The notes: generated by a model from the sequence alone, not told the origin. Positions 1-9,916 are shown, counted from the stretch's first letter. The stretch: 32,000 nt of DNA from Saccharolobus solfataricus (GCF_900079115.1 NZ_LT549890.1:2700001-2732000); one strand, 5' to 3'. Translations and numbers: made by a program.

Positions 1-648
1 TGGTATGAACTTAAACCCCTTTTCTGCCTCCCTTTCAAATTCAAAGTAACGGCTAATTTCGTATCTTATGAATTCTATAAAACCTTCATTACACTCCATC
101 TTGTCAATTCCAAATTTCTCCATATCTTCAACGGGTAAGTATTGTCTGCCTAAATACAGGTCCTCTTGGACGTCTCTGATGAAATTTAAAAACTGCATTG
201 CTCTTCCAAGCATTCTGGCATAGTACATTGAGTCATTATGTAAATCTAGAATCTTCATCATGAATAGACCAACTACTTCAGCAGAACCATACATGTACTT
301 CAAAAGTTCCTCAATACTGTAATACACTTTCTTATATATGTCACTTTCCATTGCATCTAGAAAAGCATCTATCCAACTGTCCTCAAATCCTTTTCTCCTA
401 GCTAGCTCAACGAAATTTTGCAATACAATATTTCCAGTATTATAACCACTCTTCTCTAATTGATAGAGCTTTCGCAAGTTATAATATTCCTCTATTTTCT
501 GTGGAACAGAATCGACAAGATCGTCAAATACCCTTACAAAGGCGTAAAGTTTAGTTACATCTTCCCTAATCTTTTTTGGAAAGAAATAAGAGCTATTATA
601 ATATGTAACGCTTCCCTTCTTAAAGATCTCTTCAAGTTTTTCAATCAT
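1..648 (-). CDS. crtB: Phytoene synthase (squalene/phytoene synthase family), C-terminus cut by the window edge
   Basis: Absent from the ORF track because there is no stop in the window. Hand translation from ATG (cat at 646-648) gives [47 protein letters not shown]...[17 protein letters not shown]...[18 protein letters not shown]. Both Asp-rich boxes (FDDLVD, RDVQED) are present and the frame stays open to position 1. The + ORF 460..696 is its shadow. Confidence 0.8.
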   Translation of the reverse strand, partial: MIEKLEEIFKKGSVTYYNSSYFFPKKIREDVTKLYAFVRVFDDLVDSVPQKIEEYYNLRKLYQLEKSGYNTGNIVLQNFVELARRKGFEDSWIDAFLDAMESDIYKKVYYSIEELLKYMYGSAEVVGLFMMKILDLHNDSMYYARMLGRAMQFLNFIRDVQEDLYLGRQYLPVEDMEKFGIDKMECNEGFIEFIRYEISRYFEFEREAEKGFKFIP

Positions 649-778
649 TTACTCTCAAGCTTAAAACCCGTTAAAGTAGCTAAATCTTTGTATTAGACAA
701 GTCTTAATATGACTATTTATTAGAATGTAAAAAACACTCTTACATATATTTATATCCCAAAGGATTAAGTAAGCTAAC

Positions 779-1234
779 ATGATGCTCATATACTATGTGG
801 GGATGGCGGTACTAACGTTTGTAGGCATGGAATTCGTAGCCAGATTAATGCATAAATACGTTATGCATGGTTTACTCTGGTTTATCCATGAGGATCATCA
901 TAAGGAAAAACAAGCTGAGCTCGAAAAAAATGACCTATTTGGTTTAGTGTTTGCCAGTGTGTCGGTTTACCTTTTCTTTTTAGGCATACAAGGAAGTTAT
1001 GTAGCTTTAAGCATAGCTATTGGTATGAGTAGTTATGGAATAGCTTATTTCTTCATTCATGATATGGTGATCCACGATAGACATTTACATTTAAGATCTT
1101 GGGGTTTAAAGCATAGACCTTTCAAGGATTTGATACTGGTTCACGACATTCATCACAAGGAAGGAAAGGGCAATTGGGGATTTTTGTTCGTTATAAAGGG
1201 TTTAGATAAGGTTCCGATTTTGAAGGATGAATAG
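779..1234 (+). CDS. crtZ: Beta-carotene hydroxylase (fatty-acid hydroxylase superfamily)
   Basis: 151 aa, hydrophobic, with His boxes HEDHH, HDMVIHD and HDIHH. A TATA-like tttatat lies about 27 nt upstream of the ATG, suggesting a leaderless transcript. It sits between crtB and a CrtI-family gene. Confidence 0.8.
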   Translation: MMLIYYVGMAVLTFVGMEFVARLMHKYVMHGLLWFIHEDHHKEKQAELEKNDLFGLVFASVSVYLFFLGIQGSYVALSIAIGMSSYGIAYFFIHDMVIHDRHLHLRSWGLKHRPFKDLILVHDIHHKEGKGNWGFLFVIKGLDKVPILKDE

Positions 1235-2598
1235 TGATGAAGGCAGTAGTAGTAGGTGCTGGGTTAGGAGGAATTTCAACAGCTATATTGCTAAAGAAGT
1301 TTTTTGATGAAGTTGTAGTACTGGAAAAGAATACAACTCCAGGCGGGAGAGCTAGGTATTTTTCAGTAGGTGAATTTAGATTTGATATGGGTCCTTCATG
1401 GTATTTAATGCCAGAAATTTTTGAGGAATTTTTCTCTGAGGCAGGAGAAAATCCTCATCCAATAATTAGAGTTAACCCTCCAGTTAAGGTAATGGAAAGC
1501 AAGTTTCTCAAAAAAGAATATAGGGAATTCACTGGAGATAACGTAGATGATAGGTACTTAAATAAGACAAGGTTATTTTATGATTTTTCTAAGAAGTTCA
1601 TAAAAAAGGAGATGGTTTTCTCAGATTTTCTTGATAAGGAAGTATTAGTTAACATATCGGCATTATTTGACACTCTAGATAATTTCAATGCCAGATATTT
1701 TAGGGACAGTTTGATGAGAAAAGCTATGGGTTTTTCATCAGTATTTATAGGTGGTTCCCCATTCAGGGTACCAGCAGTTTATGCTATGATAAACTACGCT
1801 ATTTACGGTCAAGGAGTTTTCTATCCTTATAAGGGTTTTGAAGGCTACGTAAAGAGATTATATGAAATAGCTAGAAAAAAGGGAGTAGAATTCAAGTTCG
1901 ATTTCCCAGTTAATAAGGTTAAAATAGATGAAGGTAAAGTGGTAGAAGTATCGTCAAATATTAAGAGAGAGATGGGAGATGTATTCGTCTTCAACATGGA
2001 TTACTTTTACGCCGATAGTTTACTACCAGAGGAATATAAGGTTATAAGTGGTAGGAGGTACAAGTTATCTCCATCAGCTATTTTAGCCTATATTGGATTA
2101 GAGGATACTCTGGATTTACCTCACCATACTGTAATAATTAATGGTGACTGGAGGGAGCACTTCACATCCATAGATAGGAATTCATTGCCTAGTGTAGAAA
2201 ATACTTCTTATTACGTGAGTTACAGAGGAGCGACCAATAAAGAGACAAGGGATCTAGTTATACTAATACCCGTAGGTACAGGTACTGAAATTAGTAAAGA
2301 GCTTATAGACGGGGTAATTAGGGATTTAGAAGTTAAGATAGGATGTAAGATTAAGGCTAGTTATATTAGAATTTATGGGCCTGATGATTTTAAAAGAGAT
2401 TATAATGCATATGAGGGAACGGCATTTGGCTTAGCTCATACTCTAGATCAGACTGGGCCCTTTAGGCTTCCAATGAAGAATACTAGATTAAAGAACCTAT
2501 ATTATGTTGGGCAATACACTCAGCCTGGAATAGGAGTACCAATGGTAACGCTTTCATCCATGATAGTCAGTAAGAAAATATCGAAGGAATTTTTATGA
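1234..2598 (+). CDS. CrtI-family FAD-dependent carotenoid/phytoene desaturase
   Basis: N-terminal dinucleotide fold [22 protein letters not shown], plus [15 protein letters not shown] and C-terminal [16 protein letters not shown] motifs of phytoene-desaturase-type enzymes. GTG 1234 overlaps the crtZ stop by 1 nt; ATG 1237 is the alternative start. Confidence 0.7.
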   Translation: MMKAVVVGAGLGGISTAILLKKFFDEVVVLEKNTTPGGRARYFSVGEFRFDMGPSWYLMPEIFEEFFSEAGENPHPIIRVNPPVKVMESKFLKKEYREFTGDNVDDRYLNKTRLFYDFSKKFIKKEMVFSDFLDKEVLVNISALFDTLDNFNARYFRDSLMRKAMGFSSVFIGGSPFRVPAVYAMINYAIYGQGVFYPYKGFEGYVKRLYEIARKKGVEFKFDFPVNKVKIDEGKVVEVSSNIKREMGDVFVFNMDYFYADSLLPEEYKVISGRRYKLSPSAILAYIGLEDTLDLPHHTVIINGDWREHFTSIDRNSLPSVENTSYYVSYRGATNKETRDLVILIPVGTGTEISKELIDGVIRDLEVKIGCKIKASYIRIYGPDDFKRDYNAYEGTAFGLAHTLDQTGPFRLPMKNTRLKNLYYVGQYTQPGIGVPMVTLSSMIVSKKISKEFL

Positions 2599-2926
2599 TC
2601 CTACACTCTTCCCTAAATCATTTCCATATGTAAATCCTTCTACGGCTTTCGAATGACTTCCCTATGGGAAACATGTATATAACGCCCAGCATTCTAGATA
2701 TATACCTAAATTAGACGAATCGTCTAATTAGGTTACTTGTAACGAGTTACTTTACAGTATTTAAACCGTTGATTACAAAAAGCCTAACAAATATACATAT
2801 AATAATATAGTAATGAATTATACCATTTACAAGGTACATGTAGTTAAAATAAGTACCCTATGTGTAATATTCATATATTTTCCCCAATTAAATCCAAATG
2901 TTCTCATTGTATTCCAAATAAATGCA

Positions 2927-3622
2927 TTATCTAAATTTCCATAGAATTTCTCTCAATCTCACAACGTTTCCTAAAACCAACAAAGAAGGAGTAGCTAAAT
3001 TATTACCAACTTCAGCTAGTTTCTCCAATTTGTTGACGTGTACCTTCTGATCCAGATAAGTCCCTCTTTCTATAACTGCTACGTCTTCTGAAGGATCTCT
3101 CTTAGCCATCAACCATTTACTCACCTCCTCTAATCTCCTGCCTCCCATTAAAACTACTAGAGTACCATAATCTGGAATTTTTTGAAAGTTAAAGAGCTTC
3201 CCACCTTGTGAAACTGCACTTACGATTGTTACCATATCGGAGACTCCGTTGAAAGTGAGTGGTATCCCAGCATACGCAGGGACTGAGTTAACTGACGAAA
3301 CTCCGGGTATTACCTCACACTCTATACCGTCTTTAATTAACTCTTGACAAATTTTCCCTCCCCTTCCAAATATGTAGGGATCTCCGTTTTTTAGCCTAAT
3401 CACAAGCTTATCTTCCAAAGCGTACTTTCTCAATAAATCAACTTCAATATCATCATTACTGAGGAATATTACAAAACTCGACGGCTTAGCGTAATTAATG
3501 AGTTCTCTGGACACTAACTTATCGTAGACTATTACATCAGCCATTTGTAAATATTTAATACCCTTTAACGTTATTAGTTCAGGATCACCAGGACCAGCAC
3601 CTACTAAAACTACCTTACCCAT
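2927..3622 (-). CDS. cobA: Uroporphyrinogen-III C-methyltransferase (SUMT, siroheme branch)
   Basis: MGKVVLVGAGPGDPELITLKG...VIVYD..., GDPYIFGRGG and VIPGVSS are tetrapyrrole methylase motifs. It overlaps the upstream sulfite reductase gene by 8 nt, placing both in one operon. Confidence 0.85.
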   Translation of the reverse strand: MGKVVLVGAGPGDPELITLKGIKYLQMADVIVYDKLVSRELINYAKPSSFVIFLSNDDIEVDLLRKYALEDKLVIRLKNGDPYIFGRGGKICQELIKDGIECEVIPGVSSVNSVPAYAGIPLTFNGVSDMVTIVSAVSQGGKLFNFQKIPDYGTLVVLMGGRRLEEVSKWLMAKRDPSEDVAVIERGTYLDQKVHVNKLEKLAEVGNNLATPSLLVLGNVVRLREILWKFR

Positions 3623-5507
3623 ATCTACTCACCTCCTCTAAACGTTTTCTTAGCAGATCGTGATACTCCCTATAGCCCTCAATCTTTCTATCAAACTTGT
3701 GAGGTTTCATGAGGTCTTTAGTCTTTTCGTGACCCTTCAACCACTCAATTATCTTCTTATTACCCAGCAACCTAAATACTAGACTAGGATCTTCACTTAT
3801 ATCCTTATTCTTTTCGTATAGTTCAAATAACGCTTCAGTTACATCAGCTAGTCTATTGGACGGAACTTGATATAGGTAAATAGAATTCTCGTCCCAGTCA
3901 ATTAGTGGTTCTCCTAAACTTCCATTTCCTCCACCTATCTTTAACATGTAAAGCTCATATCCACTACCTACCCAACTAATGGGATGAAGGGCTGGTCTTG
4001 AACACTGAGCTACACAACCTGACAGTCCTATTGAAACTGGAATGTCTTTCCACCCTCTTCTCTCTAACTCGTCAATTAGACTTGGAAGGAATCTTTCAGA
4101 ATCAGTGAAGGACAATTTACATGTTGGAAATCCTACGCACGCCGTTGAGTTAATCCTTAAACTGGAATATGGCTTTCCGTCTCTGAATCCGTAGTTGAAC
4201 TCCCTAAGTATCCCATCGATTTTCTCCTTCTGCGGCTGGTCTATTTCAGTAATTAATAGATGTTGATTTGGAGTTATGTAAAACATTAAATTATCGAAAT
4301 TATCTGCAATATATCTGATCATACTTTTTGTCCTACCGTTTTTGCCGTCTATTAGCCTACCGTTTTCAACGAAAATACCATAAGCCCACTTATTATCGCC
4401 TAAATTTATCCAACCCAAATGTAAGTCCTTGTGGGTGAGATCTACTTTAACTATTTTGCCTAATTGTATCCCAGAGTGTTCCCTTACTTTTTCCCTTAAC
4501 CACTCCAATCCCATCTTATATACAACGTACTTGAATCTAGCCCAATGCCTGTTCTTCCTATCTCCCCACTCCTCTTGTATTGTCACAATAGCATCTAACA
4601 CCTTTATTAATTCGCTATCGTTTACTACAGTACCAATCGGAAGTCCAAGAGCCGAAAAAGTTGGATAAGAATTGTTCTCACCCATTGATCCACCAACGTA
4701 TATTTGATAACCTATTACCTTTTCATCCTCTATTAAAGGGACTATGCCTATATCGTTGGATTGAACTTCAACGCAATTATCAATTATATACTTTCCGTTA
4801 ATTGTTCTCAATACCCCCGCTATGGCGATCTTAAACTTTCTCGGTAAAAGATTTTCACCATATTTGAAAGATTCTCTATCAAATTGTCTATTTTCTATCA
4901 GAGGTATTTCAAAGACTTGAAGATATAAATCCAAAGGTAATCTAAAGTAGTTAGCAATTTTTCTAGCTAATGAATTCGCGTCGAAAACCCAATACTTGGA
5001 AAGTGGGCAAGCTATCGTATTCCTTACATTATCTCCACAACCGTTTACAGTGAGAAAACCAGATTCAGCGACCTCTCTTATAAGGTTAGGTAAATCCCTT
5101 TTCTTTACGTGGTGAAATTGAATAGCTTGTCTCGTAGTCAGTTTTAGAGATGGTGAGGGATATCCAGTATAAGCATCCGATATCGTATATTTGTTGGAAA
5201 TATCGTCTAAAATTCTCCATTGTTTAGAGCTTATTGGACCTCCTCCGGGAATCGGTAGCCTTACCATGTATATCCAATCTTTGACTCCATTTAATTTCAT
5301 CTTATCTCTATTGAATTCAATGTATATCCCGAAACTTTTAGCTATCAAGGACACTTCCTTCTCGAGATCTTCTCTAGATAAGTCGTGGAATGACGAATAT
5401 ATTCCTATTGTATCCTCAGTTAATCCTTTAGTTTTCAGCTTTGCTCTCTCTTCCTCACTGTAATCTTTAGGATCTGTTCTAAAATTGGGCTCTATGGGAA
5501 TCTTCAC
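3615..5507 (-). CDS. sir: Assimilatory sulfite reductase hemoprotein (siroheme/[4Fe-4S], ferredoxin-type monomer)
   Basis: 630 aa with a duplicated NiR/SiR fold. The cluster/siroheme cysteine motif is CVGFPTC (C-X5-C) ... GCVAQC (C-X3-C). There is a 4-nt overlap with cysH upstream and an 8-nt overlap with cobA downstream. Confidence 0.85.
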   Translation of the reverse strand: MKIPIEPNFRTDPKDYSEEERAKLKTKGLTEDTIGIYSSFHDLSREDLEKEVSLIAKSFGIYIEFNRDKMKLNGVKDWIYMVRLPIPGGGPISSKQWRILDDISNKYTISDAYTGYPSPSLKLTTRQAIQFHHVKKRDLPNLIREVAESGFLTVNGCGDNVRNTIACPLSKYWVFDANSLARKIANYFRLPLDLYLQVFEIPLIENRQFDRESFKYGENLLPRKFKIAIAGVLRTINGKYIIDNCVEVQSNDIGIVPLIEDEKVIGYQIYVGGSMGENNSYPTFSALGLPIGTVVNDSELIKVLDAIVTIQEEWGDRKNRHWARFKYVVYKMGLEWLREKVREHSGIQLGKIVKVDLTHKDLHLGWINLGDNKWAYGIFVENGRLIDGKNGRTKSMIRYIADNFDNLMFYITPNQHLLITEIDQPQKEKIDGILREFNYGFRDGKPYSSLRINSTACVGFPTCKLSFTDSERFLPSLIDELERRGWKDIPVSIGLSGCVAQCSRPALHPISWVGSGYELYMLKIGGGNGSLGEPLIDWDENSIYLYQVPSNRLADVTEALFELYEKNKDISEDPSLVFRLLGNKKIIEWLKGHEKTKDLMKPHKFDRKIEGYREYHDLLRKRLEEVSRYG

Positions 5508-6223
5508 TTCACCTCTCTATAATGAAGCCCACATTCCTTGTCACTATTCTGCTCCCACCACCATCTACCAGCTCTTGGATGCTCCCAAGGTTTAACTGGT
5601 CTAGTACATGGTACACATCCTATACTCTTATACCCTTTATCGTAGAGCTTATTATAAGGAACATTATTTTTATTTATATATTCCCATACCTGTTCCCATG
5701 TCCAGTCAGCCAACGGATTTAACTTAATAATCCCTCCATTGACTTCGTCTATTTCTATTTTCCTTATCCTCCCTCTAGTGAAATTTTGTTCTCTCCTTAG
5801 CCCAGTTATCCAAGCTTCCATTCCATCCAACGCTCTCTTTAGGGGTCTAACTTTCCTCACTTCACAGCACGCCTTTCTAAGTTCAACACTTTTGTAAAAT
5901 AAGTTGATTCCATACTTATTAACTAGATCTTCTACCTCTTTATAGTCTGGAAAATATATCCTTAAGTCTATGTTATACTTTTTCACTATTTCCTCTATTA
6001 AGTCATAACTTTCTTGGTGGAGTCTACCAGTATCTATTATAAAGACTCTTGGTTTTTCAGTAACCTTACTTAACATATCTAGTATTACCAAATCTTCAGC
6101 CTGAAGACTACAAGCTAAGGCGATTTTAGGGTAAAATTTCTCTATTCCCCATTTCAGCACTTCTAGGGGTTCCTTATCTTCGAACAATTTATTTAGGGAG
6201 TCTAACTCATCTTTGCTAAGCAT
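5504..6223 (-). CDS. cysH: Adenylylsulfate (APS) reductase, thioredoxin-dependent CysH family with Fe-S cysteines
   Basis: PAPS/APS reductase fold with C-terminal KECGLH. It also carries the CC pair (CCEVRKVRPLKRAL) and CxxC (SIGCVPCTRP) that distinguish APS- from PAPS-reductases. First gene of the minus operon; the TATA-like aagtattaa is centred about 27 nt upstream. Confidence 0.85.
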   Translation of the reverse strand: MLSKDELDSLNKLFEDKEPLEVLKWGIEKFYPKIALACSLQAEDLVILDMLSKVTEKPRVFIIDTGRLHQESYDLIEEIVKKYNIDLRIYFPDYKEVEDLVNKYGINLFYKSVELRKACCEVRKVRPLKRALDGMEAWITGLRREQNFTRGRIRKIEIDEVNGGIIKLNPLADWTWEQVWEYINKNNVPYNKLYDKGYKSIGCVPCTRPVKPWEHPRAGRWWWEQNSDKECGLHYREVK

Positions 6224-6264
6224 CAGAATAATTGAGTAAGGATTAATACTTTAGTGTTTCGATA

Positions 6265-6281
6265 TGTGCAAAATTTGCACA
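6265..6281. promoter_or_regulatory. Inverted repeat TGTGCAAA-A-TTTGCACA in the cysH/sat divergent promoter (candidate operator)
   Basis: Two 8-bp perfect arms with a 1-nt spacer, read directly. It lies between the two TATA-like boxes of the 100-bp divergent intergenic region. Confidence 0.4.
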
Positions 6282-6287
6282 AATAGC

Positions 6288-6299
6288 TAAATATATAAG
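6288..6299 (+). promoter_or_regulatory. TATA-box-like element for the sat operon
   Basis: taaatatataag is centred about 30 nt upstream of the GTG start at 6324. This spacing suits a leaderless archaeal transcript. Confidence 0.45.
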
Positions 6300-6323
6300 C
6301 TTACCCTTGACAAGATTAAGACT

Positions 6324-7544
6324 GTGAATCTCATAGGACATGGCAAGGTTGAGATAGTTGAGAGAATAAAAACGATTTCAGACTTTAAAGAGTTACATAG
6401 AATTGAAGTCAAGAGACAGTTAGCACATGAGATAGTGAGCATAGCTTACGGTTTCTTATCTCCATTAAAGGGTTTCATGAACTATGAGGAAGTTGACGGT
6501 GTGGTGGAAAACATGAGATTGCCAAATGGCGTGTTATGGCCAATACCATTAGTGTTCGATTATAGTCAAAATGAAAAGGTCAAGGAGGGAGATACTATAG
6601 GAATAACTTATTTAGGAAAGCCGTTGGCAATTATGAAGGTAAAGGAAATCTTCAAATACGATAAGCTGAAAATAGCAGAGAAGGTCTACAAGACTAAAGA
6701 TATTAAGCACCCTGGAGTGAAAAGAACGTTGAGCTATGCAGATGCTTTCTTAGCAGGGGATGTTTGGCTAGTTAGGGAACCACAGTTTAATAAACCATAT
6801 TCGGAATTCTGGTTAACTCCCAGAATGCACAGAACCGTCTTTGAGAAAAAGGGTTGGAAAAGAGTGGTTGCATTTCAAACTAGGAATGTTCCACATACTG
6901 GTCACGAATACTTAATGAAGTTCGCTTGGTTTGCAGCAAATGAGAACCAAAAGGTAGATGAACCTAGAACAGGTATTCTAGTTAACGTTGTCATTGGGGA
7001 GAAGAGAGTAGGTGATTATATAGATGAGGCAATTCTTTTGACTCATGATGCGTTATCTAAATACGGTTACATAAGTCCGAAAGTACACTTACTTTCATTT
7101 ACTTTATGGGATATGAGGTATGCTGGACCTAGAGAGGCTCTGCTTCACGCTATAATTAGGAGCAATTTAGGATGTACTCACCACGTTTTTGGTAGGGACC
7201 ATGCGGGGGTTGGGAATTACTATTCACCCTATGAGGCGCATGAAATATTTGACAGCATTAATGAAGAGGACTTACTGATAAAGCCGATATTTTTAAGGGA
7301 AAACTACTATTGCCCCAGATGTGGCAGTATAGAAAACGAAATACTCTGTGACCACAAAGATGAGAAGCAAGAGTTCAGTGGTAGCTTGATAAGGAGTATA
7401 ATATTAGATGAGGTAAAGCCAACTAAAATGGTAATGAGACCAGAAGTATATGATGTTTTAATGAAGGCAGCCGAGCAATATGGGTTTGGGAGTCCCTTTG
7501 TGACCGAGGAATACTTGGAGAAGAGGCAGAGTATATTGGGGTGA
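6324..7544 (+). CDS. sat: Sulfate adenylyltransferase (ATP sulfurylase), no fused APS-kinase domain
   Basis: 406 aa with the QTRNVPHTGHEYL (QxRNxxHxxH) and GRDHAGVG signature motifs. GTG start. Confidence 0.9.
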   Translation: MNLIGHGKVEIVERIKTISDFKELHRIEVKRQLAHEIVSIAYGFLSPLKGFMNYEEVDGVVENMRLPNGVLWPIPLVFDYSQNEKVKEGDTIGITYLGKPLAIMKVKEIFKYDKLKIAEKVYKTKDIKHPGVKRTLSYADAFLAGDVWLVREPQFNKPYSEFWLTPRMHRTVFEKKGWKRVVAFQTRNVPHTGHEYLMKFAWFAANENQKVDEPRTGILVNVVIGEKRVGDYIDEAILLTHDALSKYGYISPKVHLLSFTLWDMRYAGPREALLHAIIRSNLGCTHHVFGRDHAGVGNYYSPYEAHEIFDSINEEDLLIKPIFLRENYYCPRCGSIENEILCDHKDEKQEFSGSLIRSIILDEVKPTKMVMRPEVYDVLMKAAEQYGFGSPFVTEEYLEKRQSILG

Positions 7545-7850
7545 ATGGAAGTGAAAATCTACATTTGGCTAAATGAGGAGTTGAGTAGAAAGTTCGAGGA
7601 GTTAGGATTAAAGCACGCTAAGGAAGTATTGGGAGGAATGAAACGTATAGAAATAGATGTTGAACAAGAAATGGTGGAGGAGATAATTAAGCTGTTTCCC
7701 AACGCTAAAGTTGACTCATCAACTACAAAATCCATTGAACTTTTGCCGAAGAGTTTCAAGAACGAAATATTAAAGATAATTATTGAGAAGAAATTGGAAC
7801 CAAGGGAAGCCTTAAGGGAGGCAATAAAAAAGTTTAAAGGGGATATTTGA
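7545..7850 (+). CDS. Small acidic/basic hypothetical protein, translationally coupled within the sat operon
   Basis: 101 aa. Its ATG immediately follows the sat TGA (tgaatg), and its stop overlaps the next ATG (atttgatg). No family recognised; the N-terminus KIYIWLNEELSRKFEEL loosely resembles a ribbon-helix-helix strand-helix. Confidence 0.6.
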   Translation: MEVKIYIWLNEELSRKFEELGLKHAKEVLGGMKRIEIDVEQEMVEEIIKLFPNAKVDSSTTKSIELLPKSFKNEILKIIIEKKLEPREALREAIKKFKGDI

Positions 7851-8701
7851 TGTTAGATTTAATTTATCTGTCAGTAATTATCTTCATTGCTTCTATACCT
7901 ACTGGTGCATTTGCATACGGATTTTCATCCACAGCAACACCGTTACTTCTCATAAGGTATACTAACAAGCAGATCTCCCCAATATTGAACTTTATAGAGA
8001 TGTTTCAAAATTTAACGAATGTTATTTTAAATTTTAAAAATTACAGTATAAGATCTTTGGTATTCACAATTTTCGGGACTCCCGGTGTACTTATAGGTTC
8101 TATAGTAGGGGCATATATCCTAAAAATTTCGGCAAATGAAACCCTCTTTAAGGTTATAGTTTACAGTATATTAATACCACTAATCTTATTGCAAGCTGCT
8201 GGTTTTAGAAAAGAGATAGGTTTGGAGAAGTGGAAAAAAATAGGATATTTAGTAACCTTTCCAGTAGGTGTCTTGTATGGCGTAACAACAATAAGTGGAC
8301 CACCTTTAGCACTCATAATAAATAATCAAGGGTTAACAAAACAAGAATTTAAGTTCGCTATAGCGGTACTTAGAACAGTAGAAAGCGTTTCAACTTTTGG
8401 CGCCTACCTTACTTTAGGAATCTTTAACCCACAAGTAATCTATTACGCTACCGTCACCTCACCTGCTGTAATAGCTGGCATGCTAATAGGAATATTCATG
8501 GGCAATGTAATAAAACATAAGGAGGATTTCAGAAGGCTTGTCATGAGTTTTGATAGTTGGATTAGTGGATATGGACTTTCGTTCAACTTAGCTAAGGTTG
8601 TGGATTATGGAGTATGGTATTGGCCCATGACTGCAATAATTGCAATTGACTTGTATCTTTTGTTAAGGTATATTAAGGGTAGGAGAAGGCTGTTAAAATA
8701 G
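7847..8701 (+). CDS. Polytopic membrane protein, probable TSUP (TauE/SafE, DUF81) anion permease
   Basis: 284 aa with about 8 hydrophobic segments and an internally duplicated pattern (ASIPTGAFAYGFSSTATPLLL / GVLYGVTTISGPPLALII) resembling the TSUP repeat. 4-nt overlap with the upstream ORF. Confidence 0.55.
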   Translation: MMLDLIYLSVIIFIASIPTGAFAYGFSSTATPLLLIRYTNKQISPILNFIEMFQNLTNVILNFKNYSIRSLVFTIFGTPGVLIGSIVGAYILKISANETLFKVIVYSILIPLILLQAAGFRKEIGLEKWKKIGYLVTFPVGVLYGVTTISGPPLALIINNQGLTKQEFKFAIAVLRTVESVSTFGAYLTLGIFNPQVIYYATVTSPAVIAGMLIGIFMGNVIKHKEDFRRLVMSFDSWISGYGLSFNLAKVVDYGVWYWPMTAIIAIDLYLLLRYIKGRRRLLK

Positions 8702-8749
8702 GCTGGTTAATAATTTGATTTTATAAACCCTAAAACTAAATTAAAAGAT

Positions 8750-8941
8750 ATGGAAAAACCGGATTTTGAGGAATTATTGTACATAGTCTCGGGAGTTATC
8801 TTTTTAGCCTCCCTAGGCATTGGATTAGAGGTGATAGGAGATTACATAATAGGGGATATAATGCTATTTCTATCAATTCTATGGGCACTAAGCATATTTC
8901 TCTTCATGAGATATGTGGAAAGAAAAGATAGTCAAGAATAG
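8750..8941 (+). CDS. Small two-TM hypothetical membrane protein
   Basis: 63-aa ORF with two hydrophobic stretches. There is no other support. Confidence 0.3.
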   Translation: MEKPDFEELLYIVSGVIFLASLGIGLEVIGDYIIGDIMLFLSILWALSIFLFMRYVERKDSQE

Positions 8942-8945
8942 AAAA

Positions 8946-9884
8946 TTAGCTTGTAATTGAAAAGACTGCAATAGAGAGAAATAGTAGAAACAGAGAAAGT
9001 GCTGAAAACAGTACAGATATTGAAATCTCGTATAAGATGGGTAAAGCGATAAAGCGTACCCTTACGATATTGAGCGTAGCGGTTGAGAGAACCGCTTGAG
9101 GAAATATTACTGACCATAGAGATGGATGAAATTGTCTAATTGAAATCTCAATAGAAATTAATTTGATTAGACTAGCTAGTATTACCAGAGGTAAGAATAT
9201 CAGAGCTAAATACCAAAAAACTAAACTCACTACTTTAGAAAAAGGGCTAATAGCAAAAGATATCAAAGCGGGTAATCCCATTTGAATCCATATGGAACCA
9301 TCTATGAGCTTGATTACGTTCTTCTCCTTCAATATCCTCTTCAATAGGAGGGAAGTTACCATGAGGTACATTACAATACCGATGCACACGAATATAAAAG
9401 ATAAGATAGGCAAGTAACTACGTAATTCGATTGAGAGAAGTGTGATTGCAACTCCAAGTAAGTGGTACTTAAACGAAACTTGTTTTAGAGATCTGAGGAC
9501 CCTATATGCTATTATTAGGTAAAAGATCGATAGTATTACCAAGGGGATAAAATAAAAGAGGGAAGAATAGAGCAATCTCAACCTTGCGATAAATAAGGTA
9601 AGTCCAGAGATAACAGCCATAATGTCAACCATTTCGTATTTCATTCGGTTTAAATTGAGAATTGAAAAGAAGGTTAAGAGAGATAGTAACGCTATTGATA
9701 TTCCAAAGGATGATAACGATAGAGAAGTTAATCTATCATAATATGACGCTATTGATATTCCAGCGATCCCCATAAGCATTGTAAAGGAAATTGGTTGTCC
9801 AAAAATATCATCTAGCGACATATTATTAGATAATAAAAGCTTTATCTTATACTTTGCTTTGTGGATTGCTTCAGAATTGTACAA
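8946..9884 (-). CDS. Polytopic membrane protein (about 9-10 TM), function unknown; possibly TDT/TehA-like
   Basis: The 312-aa ORF in the track begins at a TTG (caa at 9882-9884). A more likely start is ATG at 9821 (MSLDDIFGQ..., 291 aa), with tataagataaa centred about 27 nt upstream. The family call is weak. Confidence 0.6.
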   Translation of the reverse strand: MYNSEAIHKAKYKIKLLLSNNMSLDDIFGQPISFTMLMGIAGISIASYYDRLTSLSLSSFGISIALLSLLTFFSILNLNRMKYEMVDIMAVISGLTLFIARLRLLYSSLFYFIPLVILSIFYLIIAYRVLRSLKQVSFKYHLLGVAITLLSIELRSYLPILSFIFVCIGIVMYLMVTSLLLKRILKEKNVIKLIDGSIWIQMGLPALISFAISPFSKVVSLVFWYLALIFLPLVILASLIKLISIEISIRQFHPSLWSVIFPQAVLSTATLNIVRVRFIALPILYEISISVLFSALSLFLLFLSIAVFSITS

Positions 9885-9916
9885 AAAGTTTATAGATTAT
9901 TCGTTAAGTATTACCT

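Noticed and set aside
460-696. Plus-strand 78-aa ORF.
   Set aside because: It lies antisense to the clearly recognisable crtB reading frame.
4429-5722. Plus-strand ORFs 4429..4668, 5191..5463 and 5522..5722.
   Set aside because: They are shadows inside sir and cysH.
7559-9117. Minus-strand ORFs 7559..7759 and 8932..9117.
   Set aside because: The first is antisense to the operon-embedded 101-aa ORF. The second overlaps the 3' end of the 312-aa membrane protein gene in another frame. Neither has supporting signals.
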